Under the pieces are notes generated by a model. That model did no database searches. It was given only the letters and a program-made list of their open reading frames with translations, and was not told the origin of the DNA. A stretch of 64,000 nucleotides of DNA from Macrostomum hystrix (Eukaryota > Animalia > Platyhelminthes). Made by a program: the position numbers and the translations under genes. Location: assembly GCA_950097015.1 (NCBI GenBank), contig CATNEN010000038.1, positions 1,612,001 to 1,676,000 of the forward strand. The letters are read 5' to 3'. Positions within the stretch are counted from its first letter, which is position 1; each line of letters begins with the position of its first letter. Positions 37,701 through 49,700 of the stretch are shown piece after piece.

Positions 37701-40700
37701 GCTACCAGTTGGGAATCATTGCTTAAAATGAAATGGGATCAAAATCCCAACTGGTACATCGAGCTGCTTACAGACATAGACATGTACAACTTTATAGATT
37801 CATCTAAGAGAGGTGGCATCTCAATTTGTGTCCATAGGCATGCAAAGGCAAACAATCCGTATCTAGAAGACTATGATAAAGAAAAGCCTTCAAACTACAT
37901 CCTTTATCTGGATGCCAACAACCTCTATGGTTGGGCTATGAGCCAAGATTTACCTGTTAGAGATTTTAGGTGGCTAGATACTTATAAACTCGACTTTTCA
38001 ATACCTGCGATCTATGAAGTTGATGTTGAAATCCCAAGGGAACTTCACGACGATTTCTCTGACTTTGCCCCCTTCCCTGAGAACATTAACTGTCCAAAGA
38101 TAATCCAGTACAATGATGGAAGCTGGCAGCTATCTGAAAAAGAAAAAGAGCGTGTGAAAAAGTTAACACAAAATCTCATGAACAAGACACGCTATAAAAT
38201 CCACTACAAACTGTTGCAGTATTTTATCTCCCTAGGCTGTAGGGTCACGAATGTTCACAGGGCTCTCGCATTCACAGAAGAAGCGTGGATGAAGCCATAC
38301 ATAGAAAAAAACACCCAGTTTAGAACTAAAGCAACAAACAGCTTTGACAAGGACCTGTTCAAGCTTGCAAACAACTCTGTCTATGGCAAGACCCTAGAAA
38401 ACGAACGCAACCGCACGAACCTGAAGCTCGTTACCTGTTATGAGCCTGGTACTATTCAGACAAGTTTATCAAAGCCCACTTTCAAAGAGCTTCATATCTT
38501 TAATGATTACTTGGGTGCCATACTGTTCTATAAGACTAAAGTTACCCTATGCAAGCCCATATTTACAGGTGTGACTGTACTCGATGAGTCGAAGCGTCTG
38601 ATGTATAAATTCTTCTATGACATGAAGCGGCAATATGGTGAGCAACTGAAACTTCTATATACTGACACAGACTCCCTAATTCTAAACATACAGACTGAGG
38701 ATGTCTATCAGGACATGTTGAATCAAAAACATCTGTATGACCTATCCGAATATCCAGAGTCCTTCAAGACTTTGAAAGGTGATCAAGTACGCGACACTGG
38801 AAATCAAAAAGTTGTAGGAAAAATGAAGGATGAAACGGCTGGCACCCTCATTACAGAGTTTATCGGTTTGAGGGCAAAGTCCTATTTTGTAAAAAGTTGT
38901 AAGTCTACCATTAAAAAATCAAAAGGAATCCCAAAACATGTTGTTAAAAACGATCTCCATGAAGCTTCATACAAGGACGCATTGATCAATAATAAAAACA
39001 CCACCCATGAATTTATGAAACTGCAGTCTAAGAACCACAACATTCACACAATTCAACAGAAGAAGATAGGCCTCTCAGGTGCTGATAACAAACGACATAT
39101 CTTTGATGACAACATTACCAGCCTACCATTTGGACACTATAGATTAAATAATTTGTAACAAAAAAGTTGTAACAAAAAAAATTTGTTAAAAAAATAATGA
39201 CAACCAATATTTTTTTAGAAGAGCTAGCTCAGCAATTAAAAATCCCAAACTTCAGAGGCGTCTTTATGAAGGATACACTGCCAGAATCCCCACTAGAAAA
39301 AGAATGTGGAATCATGAACTTTGACCCTGCAGAAAAGCCAGGTTCTCATTGGGTTTGTTGGGTAATTGATCCCAACCGTAAACACAAGTACTATTACTTT
39401 GATAGCTATGGTACGGCCGTGCCTGAAGTGCTGAGAAATTATATGACTCATATGAGACATAAAATGAGACATAAAATATACCGCTCAGATTTTATACTCC
39501 AGGGTATTAACAGTGATATTTGTGGCGAGCTATGTATGACTGTTTTGTATGCAATGACCCACACCCGAAAAAGTTACAAAGAAATCATTTTAGGGCTGAA
39601 AAAATAATTTTTTTAGGTCCCGTTAGGTCCTGTTAGGTCTTGTTCATTTTCGCTACTTTCGCGACATGCTGTTTGAACACATTCTCCAGATCATTTCTTA
39701 GCTGGCTCATTTCATCAATGGTATTTAGATTAAGCCTAACTCGTTGCTCATAGAGGTCTTGAATGTTTTTAAACTCATCCTCTGAAATGAACTTGTCTTC
39801 AATCGCCTTTGAGATGTACCCGATGATAGAGCTTTGTACTGATTTCTCATTTGTTTGCTTCGCATGTAGATGCTTTAGCTTTTGTCGTCTGTTCCGTGAT
39901 AGTGCTCCTGTAACTGCTGAAATCAGACCACATGTGGCACCAGCAGCTCCGAGTGGAATGGCGATTGGTACAGTGATTACAGGAAGTGTTGAAACAGCAG
40001 CTGCTGATCCCGATAGAACAGATACAGATCCAAGAAACATATTAAGGTAATCGAAGACCTTGCACTCTCTATTATAGCGCTTCAGTTTCTTGGTATTATG
40101 ATCAATTTGCCGTTCAATATCAGCTCGCATCTTTTGAATCTCCACCAATCTGAATTGCTGCGAGTTGCAAGTGAAAGTAACTGGGGTTGGGTAGATGGGT
40201 TGGTAAGGAGCACTAGGTTGGCTTGGAGGCGCACTAGGTTCATATAGAGAGTTAATTTTTTCAGACATTTTTTTGAACGAAAAAAATTATATATATTTTT
40301 TATGACCTTTCTCGCAAATCTGTTGCACGCCTTGCCGCCTCCCTTGATGCCTCTTCTGATGGTCCATCAGATACTCTTGCTTCTTCAATGTCAATGTCTG
40401 GCAGATTGTGCAGTCTCTCTAGTCGGCCGAGTCTTCTTTTCGTTTTCCCCCAGTCGTTGTATATCCTATTCAAATACTCAGTGTGTCTTGTTACGTTTAG
40501 CCCCATGGGTCTTAGTGTTTCCTTTGTTTCATTTGCTAGTCTCTGAAGAGCTGTTATATCTGACTCTGCTGCTGTGAGTCGCGAACTCAATCTATCATGC
40601 ACAGTGCTTGATCTTAGCATAAAGGCTTCTAAATTTCGAACTTTATTTGAATTTTCTGTTACTCTTTCTTCCACCAAGTTTGCTCGATTATTAACGGCAG

Positions 40701-43700
40701 TTCTCAGAGTGGCGATGTCTGATCTTAGAGTGGCGATGTCTGATCTCAGAGTGGGTATCGCTGCAACAAGAGTATCCCGATCATGAACAAACTGTACATA
40801 TAGTATGTCAATCTCTTCCTTCCGTTTTGCTACGCTCAACCGCAGGTCTTCCATGTTTATTTGTTGTTGGTGTGTTGCCCGCTCTAGGGCTTTCAAGCGA
40901 TCTTTATTGAGTTTGATTTCTGGAATTTTTTCGTCAACATTTATATAACGCCTGTCAAGGTAAGAAACTTGAGCACTAGTGAGTGTGCTTCCGCGATCCA
41001 ACGATTCACCTGCAAAATTAATAGACATTTTTTTAATAACAAAATTTAAATTACAGTTCTTTTTTCTTTGTTGATCATCACAAACTGGTAAGGTTGATTC
41101 CACTTTTCATAGCAAAGATTAACGAATTCCTCCTGTGAAATCTTTCTGTTGGAGTTTTTTGTTGGATTTACAAAATGGGCAGGCGCAATGACCTCATTGT
41201 AAAATCTTTTTAGCCTGTCCTGTGGAATTGTTGGAAACAGGAGGATCAGATTGCAGTTCCCACGAATTGTTTTGTTCGGGAGCTCGAACCAGTTCTGAGC
41301 AATGTAAATTACGTTACAATTGTTGTGCCGTCCTCTTGTAAAATAGTTTTCTATCTGCTTCTGTGGGCCTGTCATGCAATCATCAAAGACAATCAAATGT
41401 TTTCTCCCCTTTTCTAGCTCATCTGGTTGGGGTAGAAGTTTGGTCTTAGGATCAACCTGCGGATCTCCGTATGTGAACACTTTAATGTTCTGCCATTTTT
41501 CATTGTCTTTGAGGTACTTTGCATATTCGGCAGCTACAATTTCTGGGTTACTGGGAAGGCGCTTTTGGTTATTAAAACATTGAATAATGTTCTCTTTGGT
41601 CAGTTTGTTTTGAAGTCCAGAGATCAACATTTTATACTCATCTTGATACAGGGTGGGAGAGTAGATGTGCAGAGTGTCATAGTCGATAAAGCCAGGTCTA
41701 AGAAGCATGTTAAAGACTCTGAATGTTTTACCTGAACCTGACGAACCAACAACAATGCATCTGAAGTGACCCGGGATTGACTCATGATGAGAAAACTTAA
41801 TCTGATTACGTGTCCAGTGAGGATTGAAGTCGTTTGAAAAGTCCATTTTTCTATGATGAAAAATAAATTAAAAAAGTAAATCATTTATAAGATGTGTCTA
41901 GGACTTAGATGTGTCTAGGACTTAGATGTGTCTATTTGGGACTTAGATGTGTCTATTTGGGACTTAGATGTGTCTATTTGGGACTTAGATGTGTCTATTT
42001 GGGACTAGTCTTGTACCCTTACATGTCTTGTACCCTCGAAAAGCACCCTTTAGTCAAATTTGAAACCACTTCCTTTTTTAATGCTAGCTATGCTAGCTCT
42101 CATCTTCTCGTAGATTGCAGGGTCCACACTGTCTGGATTCGGGGCCAGCGGAGCCAGCGGAGCCAGCGGAGCCAGCGGAGCCAATGGTGGCTGAATATCT
42201 TGTGTTACAGTATCCTTTATCTTTTTAGCCGCAGTGACAACGCTTCCCACAGATTCAGCCACGTTCTTAATATTATCTTTGTTCTCACTAATGACTTTAA
42301 AGACCCGGGCACCCTGTGCAATTATATCAGCAAGACCATTCCCGGAGCGTTCTTTCCTCGGATAGTGGCCTGCCGGGAAAAGTCCGGATCCACGCTTAAT
42401 TAGATTAAGTTCCTCCTTGTCATAGTATTTGCTCACGTCTTTTTCGAAAATAATCGGCATTTTTATTAGGGAAGAAATTATTTTTTGTTAAAACGTGAAA
42501 GCAGAAGCTCTCTTGCCCGTTTGTCGATATACTTCTTTTCCATCATTTTGTCCAGGATGTTGACAAATTCTTTTCTATTTTCGTCTTTCATGCCAGTCTT
42601 TGCAGCTCCAAGAAGAACAGCCACTCGCTTATAGATGTCAGAAATTCCTTTTCCTTGAAATGATTGGTCAGTGGAGGACTGGTCGGTGGAGGACTGGGGT
42701 GAACTCTCAACTGCTCTTTGTTGTGGTGTGAACACTCTTGCTTTGATTTTATTCATTTGAGCTGGGGAGAAATTTTCTAGTTGTTGCCAGGCATCTGGGT
42801 GATCATTTTTATATTTAGCTACTTGAGTCGGATCTGCATTTTCAAGGGCACTGAGTACGTCTTCGGGTTTGAATGTTTGTTGCTGCTGTGGCGGTTGCTG
42901 CTGGGGCGGTTGCTGCTGGGGCGGTTGCTGCTGGGGCGGTTGCTGTTCTAGATATTTTATGGCATCTTCTTGATCTGGCAAACCAAACCATTGTTTAAAA
43001 TGCTTGTACTTTTTGAATCTAGTCAGGATGACACCGTTGTCATGCATTATTTTCAGAACTTGTGGGACCTTTAGTATTTCTATATCTCTAGCAAGAGCAA
43101 AACTCACTAGATCTCTATAGTTCTTTAGCTGCTTGTCCGAAATTTTCTCTTGGTTCTTAGTCATAAAATTCAGTAAGGTTTCTGTGTAAATTATTCTCTT
43201 AGTTTCTGAGCCTTTGACAACAGAAATATGGTTCTTATTTATGTCGATAAAATATTCCACTGGTTCATTATAAATGTTTTTTCTCCACATACTTATTCCA
43301 AATACATATTTCCCATCATGTTCTGCGCGTTCTACTGGTCCAAAAAAGTTATCTGTCACTTTTAGTTGTGACTGTTGTGGGACTTGGACTTGCGGATCTG
43401 CAGATTGTTGTATCTGCGGTGCTTCTGGAATTTTGTCCAAAGCCTTTTGCACCTGGGTTTCCTGTATGTCGTCAATAGTTTCTTTGACTTGATCAATATT
43501 TTTCTTAGCTTCTCCATACCCGGGTTTATGAAACTCTGTGGCTGCTTGGACAAACTCATTGTAGGATTGTTGCTCCTTATTGATTAGCCCGGTAACTCTC
43601 TTTTCTGCTTGTGCTAGCTTCTCCAATTCAGATATTTGGTGCGCATTTTTTCGCTTCATTTCTTATTTTATTTTTTTTTAGTTTAAAAAATGAACGACCC

Positions 43701-46700
43701 ACTGACACCAGTTTTCTACAAAATTAACAAGCCTATTTTGAGTGATGATAGCACAATCAAAGCGACTCAAGTAAGAGTTCCCAGTCAGGAAAATCAGAAT
43801 GAAACTAATCTTGGTCCTGGTCAAACACTGACATTCACCTACAATGGATGTTCGTCTCTGGTTAGTGTGCACAGTCTTAAGAGCGGTTTCCATATGACAT
43901 TTCAATTCAAGACAAAAGGAGGTGCGGATGCAGCTCATGCTAACGTTGAAAAGCATGATGCAGATGTGGCTCTGATTAGTAACTTTTGGGCGTACATGTT
44001 CAAGGAGTTTAGTGTATCGAATGGGAGCACAGAGTTGGAGCGAATCGCCAACTTTGGAATTGTCTATGACGCTCATTGTTTGATCGAGAATCCAGATTTT
44101 ATTCAGTTGGGGAGTGGTGCGGGTTTCATTGCAGATGAAAAAGAAGGAGATATCAATGACAGTGGCTATAAAAAGAGGAAGAAGAGATACAACTATGCGT
44201 TGCAAGGTGCTGATGATGCTGCTAAGAACCCGCTGTATCGGACTGTTGATGTATTCGTACCACTGAGATTCATGAGTGGATTCTGTAATACATTTAATCG
44301 ACTGACTAGTAACTTCAGCTACACCTTTAAGATGACTAGAGATGATCGCAGTAGAGTGTTGTGGACTGGGGCGGACCACACTAGGATGGAAGTGAAGCTA
44401 ACCGGAATCGAGCTGTATTTGGAAGTCATTGAGCCAAAGACCGCACTAAAAGCAGATTATCTCAAGGCAATAGAGAAGGACATTGATGTCGCCTACACGG
44501 CCTACATGTGTCGAGATGAGCGAAACGAAACCAGAACAAACATCTGCATTAAAGAGGGATCATGCAGCAATCCTAGGTATATTATTATTAACATGAGAAA
44601 CCCAAATAACATTATACGCTACATGCATGGAGATGTGCGGTCCATTCAGCATGAAATCAGTGATAATCTTTACCCCGCACTGCCACAAAATGGAAATTTC
44701 AGTCAGAACAAGATTAGCAAATTTTACAGCGAGTTGGTCGACTTGGCTGTGAAAGAGAACAATGGAATTGCTATCACTGCTCTTCAATATGGAACTCTTT
44801 ATCCAATGTTTGGTGCTGATGTGTCTGCCAGACAAATGCCTACTGATAACAGCCCTGTGAATATCGTGACTAACATTGAGAGGACTGCAGCAACTGCTGT
44901 TGACCTGTACATTATCTATGCGTTCGAGAGGAAGGTGAAGCTTAACATGATCAACAATTCATCCAGTAAAGTTTAAATATTTTTTTTTTCGGGGCTGAAA
45001 AATGTTAGCGATTGCTGAAAGACTAAATAATATTATTTCTCACTCTAAGGAGAGCATTCCTATTACAATAGCTGGGCGAATTAATGACTCAAACGGGATA
45101 TTTGTTGAAAAATTAGAGCAGGCGATTCGTCTGGATCCAGGTGCTAATTACCATGTATATCTTAACGACTTCACTGGTTGGTCAAACGTTCCCAATGTGA
45201 CAGCAGCAAATAATAAGTTTCATTACAAATGGAAAGGTGTAGCAGCAGAAGCTGTGGTATTCCCTGTGAGCACACAGGGCGTGGACACCTATAATTACTT
45301 TCTAGAAAACGTCTTTACTAAAAGAGGCCATTTTGAAACACCCAATGCGAGTAAGCCAGAGAAGAAACTGTTCCCTGTCAAACTATCCTATGATCTCACT
45401 GTAATGAGAGTGGTCATGCAAGTTCACAAAGAAGCGGAGGTTGAATTTAGAGATGACACTTGGTATAAGGAATTGGGATTCGAGAAGAAAGTTTATAAGG
45501 CGGAATCCGGGGAAAGCGGTCTGTTCTTAGCACCCAATATCGCAGACATTGTAAAGGGTTTGAATATTCTAATCAGAAGTAATCTCAGTCTTGATTGGGT
45601 ATTTAAGGGAAAGCGAACGAATATTTTGTACAACATCTCAAACTCTGTTGCTGGAGGACAGATGCTGGTAGAGAAACCAAATCCAGTGAAAAGAGTTGTG
45701 CTAAGTAATAAGGAGATTCACGAGATTGTGCTGCAGTTTGAGACGGAAGATGGTGTTGGCGTTGATTTCAACGGTGAAGAGTTTGTATTGACGTTGATCA
45801 TTGAGAGAATGTGAAAAAAAAAACATTTTACAATTGCCTAATGATTTCTGCAAAGTTATAGTAGCTGTCATAGTCCTTGACGTAGGTTACTCCATACTTA
45901 TGAAACCAGTGACTTTGGAGAGCTTGATTAATATTAGGGACATTGATATCGACGTTGGGACAATATTTCTTCATGTACTCGCTGCATTCTTGTTTGCATT
46001 GGTACTTACTCTTGTAATTAGGCTCATGCCTTTTGTAATAAGATCCTGGAGAGACGATTGGGAGCATTTTTAATAAGAATTTAATTTTTTTTCGGAGGAT
46101 GAGCACCCAAGGTTTGGGGTCTTGATTGGGATTTTAGTGCTAATTTGATTGTCTTGGCACGCTTTTTGCAGCTTCGCTATTTTGTGCATGATCTCTTAGG
46201 GAGTGGCTGCGATAATTTGTTTTGTCCAAGATGTGCAACTCACAAACTGGAAAGTATTTTTTTTTTGGCGGGGAACCTTGTTCCTTCAGGAAAGGTAATG
46301 GTTTATTTATTAAGGAGGCTGCGATAATTTTTGTCCTAGATATTCAACTTACAAACTGATGTGGAATATTAAAAGTAGAGAATTTAGAATACGGAGACGG
46401 AGTTTTTTAGAGAGAGGCGGGGACCCTTTTTTTCCTGATCTCTTCGGGAATAATAAAAGTAATGGTTTGTGGATAATGGAGGCTGCGATTATTTTTGTCC
46501 TAGAAGCCCCCTCTTGCATACTACTGAAGCCACACTCCTGCACTCATTACTGATGCCATAGAGGCCACACTCCTGCACTCATTCCTGATCCCATAGAAGC
46601 CACACTCCTACACTCATTCCTGATCTCATTCCATCCATCGAAAATCCATAAGTTTACCAAAAGAATTTGGTGTTCAGAGCCCTGTTGCTGTTTGGCTTCT

Positions 46701-49700
46701 GGTAGATCTGGTAACCGATGCTCAGCAGTTCAAATCCTACTGCCCGACACCGCTTCGGGTTGATCTGCATCAGACCGACTATCACGGGAACTCTGTTGTC
46801 ACCGGAAGCGTTTTTCGAATCAATGACCTTGACGTGAAACTGTGGATTTGCCGCATAGCTGCTCATGTAGTTCGTGCAGCCGCCAGCGCTGACTCGCCTT
46901 CTCCAAGTGCCCCTGCGACTAGCCGTGTCCCAGCGGGCCGCATCGGACAGGTGGCACATATCCAACCTCTGCGTAATGATGCGAATGAAATCTGTGGCCG
47001 AGCTGGTGTTGAATGCTCACGATAACTCGTGCAGTTATGGTAATAACAGTATAATAATAATTGCACGAGGGCTGCGGGCAATGGAACATCATTTGGTGAC
47101 ACTAAACCCGTAGCCAGACAATTCTGCCCATTTCGCTGACTCCTGAGCACACACGCACATGGATACTGTACACAGGCATACGCTCACACAGGAGTGTACA
47201 TCTGCCCTGACTTTCTCATCGTCAGGCAGTGTAAATTTTACTGTGACTTGGAGGTTGGCCCTCAATGGTGTAAATTGCACGACAAACCCCCAAGCCTTCT
47301 CTCCGCGGCTGCGCCCCAAATAGATGTGGAGTCGCCGTGGAATCGAACTTACGAGAAGAACCTTGGTGCGAGAGGCAAACGCGTTAACCGCTCTGCCACC
47401 TACCCCCGGGCCCAGTTATGGTATGAACCGGGAGCAAATTATAATAAATTCAAAGTAAATATATGACCAGGCTGTAATGAAGAGTCCAGGACGACTGGCT
47501 AGGAATTCTTCACAATCTGATGAATTTCGTAAAGCTAAATATTCAGATTTTGTTATTGTTCTGTTACGCAGACTTTGGTGTACCCGTACGAGTCTTACCC
47601 TACGAGTAGCAAGTACCATAGGGCAAATCATGATTAGACTGACTCAGATTAATAAATTGTTTGCTATTGTGTGCTACCTTGTTCACTTGCGTAAAAAGAT
47701 ACGACCATAATGCATTCCAACTGCGAACAAGAGCATTCAGCTAGTATGTTAAGCAGCTTACGGTGAAGCTCGCGCAGAAGTCGGCGATGCTCATCCAGAA
47801 CTCATCTTCTCTGGCTGACGTCACACCTAGGCGAGCCCTCTCGCCGGCTGATAGAAGCTTCCAATCCCTGGATTTTCTGCCCCACGCGCCGGTCCACACG
47901 CCGCTGGTCCCCCCGTAAGGGTCGCGAAGGCGCACCAGATGTACAGACACTGTGTTCCCAGGTGAAGTCACTCTATCGATGACCTTACGGAGGGGAAACG
48001 AAATACGCGCAGGTTGATTGATTGGTACTAAACAACGTCGAACTATCTGGAAAAATAACTCACCTTAGCGCCACCTGTCACCAGCATCATATTAAGATCT
48101 TTCGCCACTTCAGTATTCATTTTTACCTGAGAAATGTTGTTGCGATGTTTTAGCTATAAAGGGTAGGCGCAGACTTCACTACTTTGAGTGTACTTCTGCC
48201 TTCGAATTTCTCTGGCAATCGATGTACTCACTCACTCGCAGTACAATGACTATATTGATTTTTCTTTGAGTTTATTAGCTGAGAAAACCTATTTAATCGT
48301 CTGTTTTCCTCATTCTCCCACTTAATTTGCCTGCTCAATTAGCAGTAAAACTGAACCCACAGCTTTCAAGTCCGTGACCAGGTATTCACGGCCAGTGTGC
48401 AGTCCGCAGCTCTTCGATTTCTCCGGTTTGTCTGCGCCCAGGATCGCGCAGCTCATCAAGCAGCGGCGCCGGTCTGCCTCCAGCATGGTGTAGAACAGGC
48501 TGGTCGGAGACTTTGACATTCTGGGCGCCAGGCTGACAGTGATGCCACCAGTGAAGTCCTCTATGGCTTCGCTGAAGAGGCCATTGTTAAGCGCATCATA
48601 GCTGCCCAATAGCTTGGCGTAGGCCTTCTCCAGCAGGGCCACCCAGAACTGGTCCTGCTCTGAGGAGTGCATGAGCACCAGCTGACTGCTGTCTGACAGC
48701 AATGGCAGCCTGTCGGCGAGGTGGTTCAACAGCGATTGATTGGGTCCTACTGCGCATTTATATAAATTCTGTTTCCTATGATCTATAGCCTACTGTCAGT
48801 GAGAACCAGTAGTATATAGTGTCAAGCGAATCCACTATAACAGTACGCGTAGAAAGTATAAGAAAAGTTCGGAAATTTGCTGAGATTTAATGTTGAAATT
48901 CGGATCTTCCAGAGCTGCAAGAAAGCTTAGAAACCCCGCCGCTTAAAACCTCACCTGTCGTCCACGATCACGTGGACCCACTCGCCGCACTGCCAGAAGC
49001 GAAAGTAGAATAACCCGCAATAGTTGCCGCTATTAAAATCCTGATCCCGCGGCACAACATTGTTGAAGAGGTCCGGGTACAGCGATAGAGAGGCCAGTAC
49101 TGAGAGAAGCCAGAAGTCGTCTAGGTGATGTCCAATGAAGGTGTTTCTAACTTTATCAATGATAAATAACTCTTTCCTATTGAAGCCTTTTTAGCATCGC
49201 TCTCAGCTATTTAGCAGCAATGTTTTAACACTGAATGACTAATTACTTGTGGATATTAAGTGGTTTAAGTATTAGCCGAGCTAGTTTATAACACAGAACT
49301 AGTAATTTATTGTTTAGTAGATATATGCTATTTTGTGCTTAAATATTTTGTTTGAGTTGCAACGTTTATTTGATTCTTGAACTTTTAGATGCTTAGCAGT
49401 GATAATAAGATTAATTTTACTCTCTCAGTTGGTTGTCATATAGATTGTTTGGAAGGCTTATAGTCTAGCATGTTTGGTTAATAGGTAATGTTGGTAGACT
49501 GCCCTCCAACAACTCTCAGAATCCCAATTTTTAACTATCAATATGCTTCACTCGTATGTAAACTGTTGGTTTCTATCGATATTTTTAGATTGGTTTGACC
49601 ATTGACAGGCCACTAAAGAGCTAATGCAAATAACAAAACCAACTATTTACTAAAATGAAAATATCTGCCATTGTTGTCAGCTATTCACTCGGCTCGTGCT

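Larger units (their letters stand above)
31252..46525. mobile_element. Complete Polinton/Maverick (adintovirus-like endogenous dsDNA virus), 15,274 bp
   Basis: Termini AGTAGT...ACTACT, ~640-bp TIRs, 6-bp TSD GAAGCC (31246-31251, 46526-46531). Intact pPolB, integrase, protease, ATPase and capsid-like ORFs. Confidence 0.97.

Noticed and set aside
43678-44379. Antisense ORFs over capsid, GPCR and Gypsy genes (e.g. 43678-44379, 15958-16767, 55215-56129)
   Set aside because: Shadow frames of genuine coding sequences, with no motifs of their own.
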